Source: Candidatus Campbellbacteria bacterium RIFOXYC2_FULL_35_25 (GTDB lineage Bacteria > Patescibacteriota > Minisyncoccia > Phycocordibacterales > UBA12079). Taken from it: DNA of 64,000 nt. A model generated the notes under the pieces. That model did no database searches. It worked only from the letters and a program-made list of their open reading frames with translations, and was not told the DNA's origin. The first letter of the stretch is position 1. Each line of letters opens with the position of its first letter. The DNA is taken from NCBI GenBank assembly GCA_001774495.1, contig MFAE01000002.1, positions 42,372 through 106,371 on the forward strand, written 5' to 3'. Positions 1 through 9,598 of the stretch are shown here, one piece after another. The position numbers and the translations under genes are program-made.

Positions 1-238
1 TGACAGTACTTTTGTGAGTAAATTGCAGAAGTGAAAATCTGATCAGTGCGACCTAAACCAAATTATTGGTCGGTCAACGGATAATCAGCAGGAAAGACTT
101 GTAATATTTACAAGAATCCTCAGAGACTAAACGCTGAACTAATCTTTAGATTAGAAAATATAGTCCGATCTTATTGGCGACAATAAGGAATAATATACTC
201 CGGTATCGTTCACAGATTAATGTCTGTAACATAAATGC
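1..238 (+). mobile_element. 3' part of a group I intron inserted in 23S just before the CCTAAAGAGTAACGGAGGAGC-equivalent exon
   Basis: Non-rRNA sequence carrying R-like (CAGAGACTAAACG, ~120-133) and S-like (AAAATATAGTCCGATC, ~160-175) group I core elements. The exon resumes at ~239. Confidence 0.45.
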
Positions 239-571
239 CTAAAAAGTAACGGAGGAGCCTATTAAGGTCAGCTAAGCGCGAATGGAAACCGTGCTGATAG
301 TGTAATGGCACAAGCTGGCTTGACTGCAAGACGTACATGTCGAGCAGGTGCGAAAGCAGAGCATAGTGAACCGAAGGTCCGCTTTAGATGCGGCCTAAGA
401 TTAACGGATAAAAGCTACCCTGGGGATAACAGGCTGGTTCCGCCTAAGAGTTCATATCGACGGCGGAGTTCGGCACCTCGATGTCGGCTCATCTTATCCT
501 GGGGCTGGAGAAGGTCCCAAGGGTTTGGCTGTTCGCCAATTAAAAAGATACGCGAGCTGGGTTCAGACCGT

Positions 572-928
572 AAAGTAGCAAAGCTACTTTAAATTTAAAA
601 TGCAAGTTTCAAAAATCAAAATGACGATGAAAAATGTAAAAATAATTTAAAGTTTACTTAGCTGTTTTACAGTCTGAATCAAAACAAAACAAAGAGTTTT
701 TTCGTCTTTGAAAAAGAAAAGAAACCAACCAAACACGGCGGTCCATAAGAAGTAATTCTTATGAGAAAAAGTCGACTTATATCGGTGAAACCCTATCAAT
801 TTTTTTGAGGGCAATACCGAGGGAAGAATTTAATATTCGCCCGTAGAGACTAAATGTTGACATCCAATTATTTATAATTGGAATGTGTTATAGTCCGATC
901 CCTTCAGTAATGAAGGTTAAAACAAAAT
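572..928 (+). mobile_element. ORF-less group I intron in 23S (between GGGTTCAGA and CGTGAGACAG exon blocks)
   Basis: ~357-nt insertion interrupting a universally conserved 23S segment. Contains R-like AGAGACTAAATG (~848) and S-like GTTATAGTCCGATCC (~890) elements. Shares TA(T/A)A(T/C)CGGTGAAACC and GGCAATACCG(A/T)GGGAAG motifs with the downstream intron. Confidence 0.6.
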
Positions 929-990
929 GCGTGAGACAGGTTGGTCTCCTATCTGCTGCAGGCGTTGATTCTTGAGAAGATTTGCTCCTA

Positions 991-1834
991 GTAAATTTTG
1001 CTACTTTCCGTCGAAAGACGGATTGAAAATGTGGCTATAACGGTGAAACCTTCATATGATTGTTGTTCGAGTATTTAACATACTTTCGGTCTCTGTATGT
1101 TACAATATGCTTGAGGACCGCAATCCTCTTTAAGGCAATACCGTGGGAAGTCGATCTAAAACTCATACAAATAATTTAGCGTACATCGCAGGTTTTCTTG
1201 ATGGTGATGGCAGTTTGATGTTACAAATCAAAAAACGTTCCGATACAAAACGGGGCGTAAGGTTTATGGCAACAATCTGCTTATATCAAGATACCCGCCA
1301 TGAAAAACCACTTTTGTGGATGCGTAAAGTGTTTGGAATCGGATATATTTCTCGTCGAAAAGACGGAATATCCGAATTACGAATTAATGGTTACAAAACA
1401 GTAAAAGAAATTCTTTTGCAATTGCAACCTTTTATAAAGTTTAAGTCTATTCAGACAAAAGCTCTTATAGAATCTTGTACTATGTTAGAAATCGTTAAAA
1501 TAAGTGATATGACCAAACAACAATTACGTAAAATAGTTGATTTAGCATTTATAATCAGAAAAGAAAATTATGCTAGTCACAGTACGTTAAATAAAAAAGA
1601 TTTGTACGAGCGTTTAGGTTTGACCCCGTAACGACTTGTTTGTAGAAAATAACCTTTCTGCAACAGACGTATAAATGTGTTGAATCATTTTGTAAAAGAG
1701 TGACAACCTTTATATGTAACACGCCACCACCCCTAGTCCTAAATTCATGAGGAAAGGGTGAAGATATAGTCTGTGCTCCTAGAAATAGGGGAAATTGAAT
1801 TTAATAATATTAATTATTAAATGAAAAACACGAC
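991..1834 (+). mobile_element. Group I intron in 23S carrying a LAGLIDADG homing endonuclease gene
   Basis: ~840-nt insertion between GCTCCTAGTA and CGAGAGGACCGGAG exon blocks. Has the group I core motif GGCAATACCGTGGGAAG, an S-like GAAGATATAGTCTG near its 3' end, and the internal ORF 1143-1631. Confidence 0.7.
1143..1631 (+). CDS. LAGLIDADG-family homing endonuclease (intron-encoded, GTG start)
   Basis: N-terminal LAYIAGFLDGDGSL motif. 162 aa, a typical single-motif LAGLIDADG size. Located inside the rRNA intron. Confidence 0.8.
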   Translation: MGSRSKTHTNNLAYIAGFLDGDGSLMLQIKKRSDTKRGVRFMATICLYQDTRHEKPLLWMRKVFGIGYISRRKDGISELRINGYKTVKEILLQLQPFIKFKSIQTKALIESCTMLEIVKISDMTKQQLRKIVDLAFIIRKENYASHSTLNKKDLYERLGLTP

Positions 1835-2141
1835 GAGAGGACCGGAGTGAACTAACCTCTGGTGTGCCAGCTGTTCCGCCAGGAGCACTGCTGGGTAGCT
1901 ATGTTGGGAATGGATAACCTCTGAAAGCATCTAAGAGGGAAGCCAACTTCAAGATAAGGAATCGTTTAAGATCCCTGAGAGATGATCAGGTTGATAGGCT
2001 CTAGGTGTAAGTGTAGTAATATATTTAGCCGAGGAGTACTAATTCATCGATTTTCTTATTAGGAATTTTAAAGAACGTAATTAAAAAGTAGTTTTTAACT
2101 ATAGTCGATAGATTGTAGTTAAAAAGATGTGATTAAATTTT

Positions 2142-2513
2142 ACCATTATTCAAATATTGAGAACTGAAATGAGGTTTTGTTCTTGAGCGCAAAAAGTGTA
2201 TATGGGCACATTCTCTTAACTCGTTTTTGACACAAGGCTTTTGACACATCGACAGGTTGTATAGCGCGGTGTTATTAGCGAAAGTACTACTCTTAAATGG
2301 GGAGAATAGGGCGTGGTTCGAATCCCGTTGAGCGTTCATTTAATTGTATCGGGGGATACGGTCCCTATCCACACAAATTGGCTTGTTGCTGGTTACTCCT
2401 AAAGGGTAAAAAAGAGGCAAGTCTGGGGGCCGTATCAACCGACCATTTTGAGGAATTAGTGCTTTTTGCGCGAAGTTCCTCACTTCATTTCAGTTCTCAA
2501 ATTATTCAATTTC
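2142..2513 (+). other. Long-stem-enclosed ~370-bp element in the 23S-5S spacer (possible processed spacer RNA / unknown ncRNA)
   Basis: Inverted repeats 2142-2194 (TTATTCAAATATTGAGAACTGAAATGAGG...GAGCGCAAAAAG) and 2457-2513 (CTTTTTGCGCGAAG...CCTCACTTCATTTCAGTTCTCAAATTATTCAA) form a ~50-bp stem around a ~260-nt core. Confidence 0.3.
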
Positions 2514-2548
2514 AAAATTAAATAAGTTTCAACAAAATCAAGTATTTT

Positions 2549-2656
2549 GTGTTGGTGCTTCGTCGGAAGGGGTACACCCGTTCTCATTCCGCACACGGCA
2601 GTTAAGCCTTCTAGAGCCGATGATACTCTTTATGGGGAAAGTAGGTAGGCGCCAAC
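2549..2656 (+). rRNA. rrf: 5S rRNA
   Basis: GGTACACCCGTTCTCATTCCGCACACGGCAGTTAAGCCTTCTAGAGCCGATGATACTC matches the 5S consensus (CCCGTTCCCATNCCGAACACGGAAGTTAAGC...GCCGATGGTA). Confidence 0.8.
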
Positions 2657-2810
2657 ACTAAGTACTTGATTTTTTTGTTACCTATTTTTGCTTTTATACA
2701 CAAAACAAGTTGGGGGAGGTAGGTAGCTTTTTTTCGAAGAAAAAAAGAAATAACAACACTAAGTACTTGATTTTTTTGTTACCTATTTTTGCTTTTATAT
2801 ATACAAAACA
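2653..2810 (+). repeat. Two ~60-bp direct repeats (CAACACTAAGTACTTGATTTTTTTGTTACCTATTTTTGCTTTTATA...); the first overlaps the 5S 3' end
   Basis: Copies at 2653-2715 and 2753-2815 are near-identical. Confidence 0.6.
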
Positions 2811-2881
2811 AGCTGGATTAAGTTAGCTTTTACAGGCTTTTTACACTTGCTACTTAATACTTACTACTTTATACTAATGCT

Positions 2882-3634
2882 ATGTCTTGGTCATCTAGAA
2901 GAAGAACAATTTATTTTGGACTCTTTGCAATGTTTTTGTTGGGTATTTTTTATTCCAGTTTTTACTCATTTTTTTATAAACCCCCCACTTGTTTTGATGG
3001 AAAACAGAATCAAACAGAACAAGGCGTTGATTGTGGTTTCCCTTGTTCATCCGTTTGTAGCTTCCAAACTATGGAGCCAGTTGTTTTGTGGAGTCGAGTG
3101 TTTAAATTAACTAACGATGTTTATAATGCGATGGCTTTAGTTGAAAACGCTAATAGCGAAGCAGAAGCTTTTGGAGTTCCTTATTCTTTTAAAGTCTATG
3201 ATGATAAAAATGTTTTAATATATGAGAGGATCGGAAAAGTTGATCTTTTGGCGAACAGTACTGTGCCAATTTTTGAAAGAACTATTGTGACCGGGGAAAG
3301 AACGCCCCAAAGAACTTTTTTTGAATTTTCTGAAGAGATAAAATGGGAAAAAGCTATAAAAGAACAGCCAGATTTGTTTGTAAAGAATAAGGAGCTTTCT
3401 TATGATAATGGTAAACCTCGCTTAAACGTAACTATAGAAAATCAAACACTAAAAAGTTTTAATAATATTGAGATTACCGCTATTGTTTTTGACAAAGAAG
3501 GTAACGCCATAAATGTTTCTCAGACGATTATTAACTCGTTACCAAAATCTTCCTCAGAAGATGTGGTTTTTACTTGGTCTGAGCCCTTCGTTTCTGAGCC
3601 CGGGAGAACAACAATAATCCCGCTGGTTAAATAG
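2882..3634 (+). CDS. hypothetical membrane-anchored protein (co-transcribed with ftsW/rodA)
   Basis: ATG start and N-terminal TM helix. Its stop lies 3 nt before the SEDS gene start. Confidence 0.5.
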   Translation: MSWSSRRRTIYFGLFAMFLLGIFYSSFYSFFYKPPTCFDGKQNQTEQGVDCGFPCSSVCSFQTMEPVVLWSRVFKLTNDVYNAMALVENANSEAEAFGVPYSFKVYDDKNVLIYERIGKVDLLANSTVPIFERTIVTGERTPQRTFFEFSEEIKWEKAIKEQPDLFVKNKELSYDNGKPRLNVTIENQTLKSFNNIEITAIVFDKEGNAINVSQTIINSLPKSSSEDVVFTWSEPFVSEPGRTTIIPLVK

Positions 3635-3636
3635 CT

Positions 3637-4758
3637 ATGTTTTTCAATTTGAAAACGGACGTTGATTGGATTTTATTTTTTTCGGCTTTGACAATAGTTG
3701 GTGCTGGTCTCATCACAATGAACTCTTTTGTTGGAGAAAACTATTTTTTTGAAAAACAGCTAATTTGGTCTCTTGTCTCAGTATTTGTTTTCTTTTTGTT
3801 TAGTTTTTTTGACTTTAGTTTTCTAAAACAAACAAAGGTTCTTATCTTTATTTTTTCTTTTTTTGTTCTTCTTTTATCAACCCTTTTTTTTATAGGGAGT
3901 GTCTTTAAAGGGGCACAGAGCTGGTTCGATTTAGGACTTTTTTCTTTTCAGCCGGCTGATTTTGTGAAATTGGTCATTATCTTATTGCTTGCAAAATATT
4001 TCTCGAAGAGACATGTTGAAATAGCTCACATAAAACATATCTTAATTTCTGGTATTTACGCTTTTATTTTCTTTGTTTTAGTTTTATTACAGCCAGATTT
4101 TGGATCGGCTATTATTATTTTTATGATTTGGTTAGGGATGGTGCTCGTTTCTGGTATTTCAAAAAAACACCTTCTGGCTGTTTTCACCGTTGGCGTCCTC
4201 GCATTCGCTGTTTTGTGGGGATTTGTTTTTCAGGATTATCAAAAAAATAGAATCACTACGTTTCTACACCCCTTGGCCGATATCCAAGGAGCAGGATATA
4301 ACGCTTTCCAGTCTACCATTGCTGTTGGTTCAGGGCAGATGCTAGGGAAGGGAGTTGGTTTTGGGACACAGTCTCGTCTTCAGTTTTTACCCGAGTATGA
4401 AACAGACTTCATTTTTGCATCTTTTGCCGAGGAGTGGGGTTTTGTTGGTGTTTTAATCTTATTTTTTCTTTTCGCGGTGGTTATCTGGAGAATCTTGCTG
4501 ATTTCTGTTAACGGAACATCAAATTTTGAGATTCTTTTTGGCTTAGGGTTAGCTATTATGTTCATTAGTCACTTTATTGTGCATATTGGAATGAATATAG
4601 GCTTGCTCCCTGTTACGGGGGTTACCATTCCTTTTATGAGCTATGGAGGGTCACATTTACTAACTGAATTTACCGGGCTAGGCATTTTAATGGGTATTAA
4701 ACACCACTCTCAAAGATTTCACAAAGACGATATGCAGAATGAGTTTTTGGGGATTTAA
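3637..4758 (+). CDS. SEDS-family peptidoglycan polymerase FtsW/RodA
   Basis: Polytopic membrane protein with a conserved FtsW/RodA C-terminal core (HPLADIQGAGYNAFQSTIAVGSGQMLGKGVGFGTQSRLQFLPEYETDFIFASFAEEWGFVG). Confidence 0.85.
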   Translation: MFFNLKTDVDWILFFSALTIVGAGLITMNSFVGENYFFEKQLIWSLVSVFVFFLFSFFDFSFLKQTKVLIFIFSFFVLLLSTLFFIGSVFKGAQSWFDLGLFSFQPADFVKLVIILLLAKYFSKRHVEIAHIKHILISGIYAFIFFVLVLLQPDFGSAIIIFMIWLGMVLVSGISKKHLLAVFTVGVLAFAVLWGFVFQDYQKNRITTFLHPLADIQGAGYNAFQSTIAVGSGQMLGKGVGFGTQSRLQFLPEYETDFIFASFAEEWGFVGVLILFFLFAVVIWRILLISVNGTSNFEILFGLGLAIMFISHFIVHIGMNIGLLPVTGVTIPFMSYGGSHLLTEFTGLGILMGIKHHSQRFHKDDMQNEFLGI

Positions 4759-4768
4759 TTCTTTCAGA

Positions 4769-5368
4769 TTAATAAGCGCCAAACAAAATCCAGTTTTTTG
4801 CATTTGGAGTCGATAAAAAAATACTATTGCTTCCTCCCCAAAAAGTTGTATTTTTCATATTTGCAGGTATAGAATTCCAATTTTCGGAAACATTCACCAT
4901 TGCTATTGCGTAATCTTGCATGTTTGCACTTGTTTTGTAGAAGAGCCCATCAAAGGCACCAACGAAGAAGCCAGAAGTGGGTATGGAAGGGTCAATCGGC
5001 CTTGTTTTTAAATAAGGAGAAAGAACTGCTAGTTTGTTTAAATCTCTCCACGCGACAATTCCACATTCCCAACAGTCCATGTTACTAGCCCCTACTGTTG
5101 CGTTGTTTGGGTAACTTCCATTTTCATTGTAATACATCTCTAAAGCAATTTGAACTTGTTGTAAACCCTGCACTCTTTTAATATCTCTCGCTTTCGATCT
5201 CGCGCTATTCAAAGAAGCCATTACTACACTTGAAAGCAAGCCAATAATAGAAATAACTACCAACAATTCAATTAAAGTGAAACCTAGGTTGTTTTTTAGT
5301 TTCGCCGTCGCCTTGAATGAATTATTTAAAGAGTTTTTAGTTTTTGTTAAATTTAATTTTTTAAACAT
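4769..5368 (-). CDS. type IV pilin-like (prepilin N-terminal methylation motif)
   Basis: Leader followed by GFTLIELLVVISIIGLL (class III signal peptide and hydrophobic alpha-helix). Confidence 0.65.
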   Translation of the reverse strand: MFKKLNLTKTKNSLNNSFKATAKLKNNLGFTLIELLVVISIIGLLSSVVMASLNSARSKARDIKRVQGLQQVQIALEMYYNENGSYPNNATVGASNMDCWECGIVAWRDLNKLAVLSPYLKTRPIDPSIPTSGFFVGAFDGLFYKTSANMQDYAIAMVNVSENWNSIPANMKNTTFWGGSNSIFLSTPNAKNWILFGAY

Positions 5369-5373
5369 ATATT

Positions 5374-5637
5374 TTATTCAGGTATTATTACACCCATTTC
5401 TTTTAATTGTTGTAATTCTTCAATACCCAGTTCTCTTCCCGGAGTAGAATTAGTAGATCCACTTGACCAAATTATTACAATAGTCAGCAATACACAAAGA
5501 ACAATAATCCCTAGCATTACTTTGTTAGCTTGTTTTTCATCTTTTACCCCCATTTTCATAAGAAGTTTTGTTATAAAAGAAACCTTTTCTCCCCGAACTC
5601 TACCCCTTACTTCTTCTTGAAATTCTACGTTTGACAT
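5374..5637 (-). CDS. small hypothetical membrane protein
   Basis: ATG start, one TM segment. Co-oriented with the pilin gene. Confidence 0.35.
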   Translation of the reverse strand: MSNVEFQEEVRGRVRGEKVSFITKLLMKMGVKDEKQANKVMLGIIVLCVLLTIVIIWSSGSTNSTPGRELGIEELQQLKEMGVIIPE

Positions 5638-5817
5638 AGTTTTGTTAATTTTTAATATTAATTAGGTTAATTATAGCTTTTTTTGTATTTTTAGGCATTT
5701 TGTGGGTGGGGATATCTTGGGGCGGGGGAGTGGAGTGAAGAGGTGTAGTTAATTTACTAATATAGTTGGTCATTTGAAGAAGAGAATTGATTATTAAATT
5801 TCTAATAAATCAATTGT

Positions 5818-6987
5818 TTATCCCTCGTAAACAGCCAATGTTTCCCAGGCCATTTTTTCAAGGGAAAATTCTTCCATGACTTTAATTTTTATTTTTTTCC
5901 CAAAATCCGCCACTTCATTTTTATTTTCTAAATAAAATCTTATAGCATTGGCGATTTCTTTTTCTGTTTTGGCCCTTACTATGACACCATTTTTCAGATT
6001 ATCAATAATTTCTTCTGTTCCCCCAACTCTGGTTGAAATAATTGTATTCTCTGCTTGCCCCGCCTCCAGTAATGTGAAAGGGAAGCCTTCTTTGACCGAA
6101 GATAATAAAAATATATCAAAAGCCTTTAAATATATTTTTGCATCTTCTATAAATCCTGTTAGAAAAACATTTTTTTCTAAATTCTCTTTTTCTATTAAAT
6201 TTTCTAAATAGCCCCTGTCCTCACCACTTCCTATTATAATAAATACTCCATCCCAATCATCTCCCAAACTTTTTTTGAGTCTCCCAATAGCTTCTATCGC
6301 GTACTTTAAACCTTTATTTTTCGTTAATTCAGAAATAGTTCCTACCCAAATACAATCTTCAAAATTGACAGTACTCGGAGCACTGTCAATTTTCTTTAAT
6401 AAAAATTTTCTAGCGTCATCCTGATTTAAAAATTCTATTTTTGATATTCCGTTATATATTAAAGTGAATTTTTTGGACACCAAAGGCCAACGGGACACCT
6501 GCTCCAATTCTTTTTTTGAAATAACTATCGTCTCGTGCGACATCACGACTGTCATAAAACTAATAAATTTTATGATGAGTCTTTGCCAATAAGGACGGTC
6601 TTCGTTAAAAGCAAAACCATGAGCAGTAAAAATAATTTTTTTAACCCCTGCAATTCTTCCCGCCAAAGAACCCAGCCCTCCAATCTTTGAACTATTTAAA
6701 TGGATAATATCAGGTTTCTCTTTACTAAAAATATTAATTAAATTTTTGAAAGCTTTTATCTCGTCAAGGAAACTAATATCACGGCCCAAGTTTTCTACTT
6801 TGATTTTTTTAATACCACTAGCATCTAATTTTTCTGTTAGTAACCCCTCTCCTCCATATAAAACAGCAACGTCATATTTATCCTTGGGTAAATTTGTTGC
6901 AAGATTATAGACATACACCTGAGCCCCTCCCCAGTTTGATTTGGTCACTATATAAAATATTTTTATTTTTTTGAGATTCTTACCCAT
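5818..6987 (-). CDS. glycosyltransferase family 4 (GT1 fold)
   Basis: C-terminal EGFPFTLLEAGQAENTIISTRVGGTEEII motif typical of GT4 retaining glycosyltransferases. Confidence 0.75.
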   Translation of the reverse strand: MGKNLKKIKIFYIVTKSNWGGAQVYVYNLATNLPKDKYDVAVLYGGEGLLTEKLDASGIKKIKVENLGRDISFLDEIKAFKNLINIFSKEKPDIIHLNSSKIGGLGSLAGRIAGVKKIIFTAHGFAFNEDRPYWQRLIIKFISFMTVVMSHETIVISKKELEQVSRWPLVSKKFTLIYNGISKIEFLNQDDARKFLLKKIDSAPSTVNFEDCIWVGTISELTKNKGLKYAIEAIGRLKKSLGDDWDGVFIIIGSGEDRGYLENLIEKENLEKNVFLTGFIEDAKIYLKAFDIFLLSSVKEGFPFTLLEAGQAENTIISTRVGGTEEIIDNLKNGVIVRAKTEKEIANAIRFYLENKNEVADFGKKIKIKVMEEFSLEKMAWETLAVYEG

Positions 6988-7051
6988 AGTGTAAATTGTA
7001 TCAATTTATGTCTTTCAAAAAAAGCCCCATTGTTGTATTATTTAAGGATAT

Positions 7052-8390
7052 TATGAGTAAAAGGGAATCAGGCCTGCTTTTTGTGGGGGACATACTAGTA
7101 TTTACACTTTCTTTGTGGGTGGTTTTGTTTATTCGTTATTTAGCATTACCTAGTAAAGAAATATTTTTACAACACATTATTCCTTTTTCTATCCTTTTTA
7201 TTTTGTGGTCTCTTATTTTTTTCATAGCGGGTCTTTATGAAAAAAGGGTTCTTATTATAAAAAGAAGGCTGTTCACTAGTATTTTCAACGTTCAGTTGAT
7301 AAATAGCATCATAGCGGCAGCTTTCTTTTACTTTGCATCGTTCTTTAATATTGCTCCAAAAACAAATCTTTTAATCTATTTAGTTGTTTCTTTTCTTTTT
7401 ATTGTAATTTGGAGAGCTTACATTGCTCCTTTTGTGGGAGTCAGGAAAAGAGCCAATGCTATTATCGTTGGAAACAGGGAAGAGATTAACGATATAAAAG
7501 AAGCCATCGAAAAAAATTCTTGGTATAACTTAAATCTTATTTCTACCCTAAATTTAGATAAAATTGATGGCCTAAATTTTCAACAAGATGTTTTGGATTT
7601 GATATACAAAGAAGGGGTCTCTGTTGTTATTGTTGATTTGGATAGTGAAAAAGTTAAACCTCTCTTGTCTCATTTTTATAATTTAATGTTTTCAGATATT
7701 AAGTTTATGAATGCGCATGATGTTTACGAAGATATTTTTGGGAGGATTCCTTTGTCCTTGATTCAATATGATTGGTTCTTAGAAAACATTTCAAATTCAT
7801 CCCACGTTTTTTATGATTCTTTAAAAAGGGTAATGGATGTTTTCGTTTCTCTTATTTTAGGGATCATTTCTTTGTTTTTATATCCATTTGTTTATATCGC
7901 AATAAAACTAGAAGATAAAGGACCAATTTTTTATTCTCAAGAAAGAATAGGACAAGGGGGAAAAAGAATAAAGATTCTAAAATTTAGAAGTATGAAAACC
8001 AATGATTCAGGGATGTGGATAGACGAAGGAGATAAGACAACCAAGGTGGGGAGATTTTTAAGAAAGACCAGCATAGACGAATTCCCACAGCTTTGGGGTG
8101 TTTTAAAAGGTGATCAATCTCTCGTTGGACCTCGCCCAGAATTACCCGAATTAGTTGAAGTTTACAGTAAAGAAATCCCTTATTACAACATTAGACACTT
8201 AGAAAAGCCGGGGCTTTCTGGTTGGGCTCAAATCTATCATAAAGAAGCTCCCCACCATAAGACAGACATCGATAAGACAAAAATAAAATTATCATATGAT
8301 TTGTTCTATATTAAACACCATTCATTTATCTTGGATTTGAAAATAGCGCTAAAGACTTTGAAGATATTATTCTTTAGAAAAAGTTTTTAA
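7052..8390 (+). CDS. polyprenyl-phosphate sugar phosphotransferase (WbaP/CpsE-like bacterial sugar transferase)
   Basis: N-terminal TM region plus a C-terminal bacterial sugar-transferase domain (KGPIFYSQERIGQGGKRIKILKFRSM...DEFPQLWGVLKGDQSLVGPRPELPE). ATG at 7052 has an AAGGA SD; the ORF track begins at an upstream TTG. Confidence 0.8.
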
Positions 8391-8639
8391 GTGATATTAT
8401 AAAAGCATAATAATTAATTTTTAAATTATGAAAAATAAAATAAAATCTGTATTAACAATATTTTCTGTTTTGGCATTAATTTCTATTGCTGTTGCTGGAA
8501 TTATGTTGGTGTTAGATCTTGGAAATGGGCCAGAGATAACGGAGGCTCTTAAAAAGGTAATATATATTTTAGGTATTTTGGTTGTGCTATCTGCTACCGT
8601 TACCGGAATTATTAAAATAAATAAATAAATTTATATAAT

Positions 8640-9461
8640 ATGAAAAAAGGATTTGGTTTAATTGGGATTTTAATAGTTTTAGGATTTATCGCTGTTGTGG
8701 GAGGGGGAGGTTATTTTTATTTAAATAACAGAACAACGCATCTTCTTCATTTTGATAAAACGGTATCAAATCTTGAAATTAGTTGTCAAAAAGATGACGA
8801 TTGTGAGCTTGTTAGTCTGGCTAGTGGATGTGGTGGCCTTACTTCTATTAATAGATTAAATAATCAAGATGATATTGAAAAATTTAATAAAAAAGAAGAA
8901 GCTTTGTTAAGCACTGTTGTTTTTGATTGCGATCTCCCTATGGAAAAATATAATTATAAAGCAATATGCGACAGCGGAGTTTGTAGTATCAAGGAAAATG
9001 AAATTGTAAATTGGGGAACTTACATAAATGAAGAGTTTGGGTTTGAAGTTAAATACCCCAAAGATTTTAATTTAAATATAACAAAAGATTTGCCAATTAA
9101 AATAACAATTTCCAACCAAATTAAACCATCGGCAAACGATTACCTAGGTGGACGGGAGGAACTAAATATTACTATTTTTGATGACAATAATAATTATTCC
9201 GATTATTATCAAAGTTATATGGAGTGGGTGAACAGAGATTTTAATGAACCATTTTTGTCTGGGTATAATAACAAAAAGATATTAGATATAAACGGTTATA
9301 AGTTTGTTTCTTTTGAGGTAGTAAGTGGGATGGATGAGGTAAGAGAATATATATTGAAGGGAGATAATAAAACATTTGTTTTGTCGACCTCTGTCGTTGG
9401 TAAAGATAGTAATGATACCAAGTTACAAGAAATTATCTCAACATTCAGGTTTTTAGAATAA
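8640..9461 (+). CDS. hypothetical exported protein (N-terminal TM/signal, Cys-rich N domain)
   Basis: ORF with ATG start and N-terminal hydrophobic segment. Confidence 0.45.
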   Translation: MKKGFGLIGILIVLGFIAVVGGGGYFYLNNRTTHLLHFDKTVSNLEISCQKDDDCELVSLASGCGGLTSINRLNNQDDIEKFNKKEEALLSTVVFDCDLPMEKYNYKAICDSGVCSIKENEIVNWGTYINEEFGFEVKYPKDFNLNITKDLPIKITISNQIKPSANDYLGGREELNITIFDDNNNYSDYYQSYMEWVNRDFNEPFLSGYNNKKILDINGYKFVSFEVVSGMDEVREYILKGDNKTFVLSTSVVGKDSNDTKLQEIISTFRFLE

Positions 9462-9598
9462 AATCAGTATTTACTAAATATTATACAGCTTTGAACAAAG
9501 CTCAAAATCTATTCCTATAGGTTGAGCTACACTGCTAGGTTTTGCCGATTTCCTAATAGGAGATTCAGAATCTTAAAATTTGTGATAAAATTATATTT

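Larger units (their letters stand above)
1..2058 (+). rRNA. rrl: 23S rRNA, 3' portion (domains V-VI), interrupted by group I introns
   Basis: Exon blocks match conserved 23S sequence (GTAACGGAGGAGC, GGGGATAACAGGCTG, CACCTCGATGTCGGCTCAT, GTGAGACAGGTTGGTC, GCTCCTAGTA...CGAGAGGACCGGAGTG, 3' end CCGAGGAGTACTAATTCATCG). The 5' part of the gene lies upstream of the window. Confidence 0.85.

Noticed and set aside
305-592. ORF-track entry (95 aa) inside the 23S rRNA exon; similarly 2133-2339, 2297-2521, 43532-43717, 43974-44198 and 44537-44725 within rRNA or spacer
   Set aside because: They overlap highly conserved rRNA sequence and have no start or RBS context. Spurious translations of rRNA genes.
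2142-2513. Tested the spacer element for tmRNA, RNase P RNA, SRP RNA and tRNA identities
   Set aside because: No tag-peptide reading frame with a tRNA-like acceptor/T-arm. No RNase P (GGAAAGUCCGGGCUCC, AGGGUGAAA) or SRP (AGGUCAGG...GGAAGCAGCC) signatures. The GTTCGAATCC segment lacks a pairing T-stem. Left as unknown.
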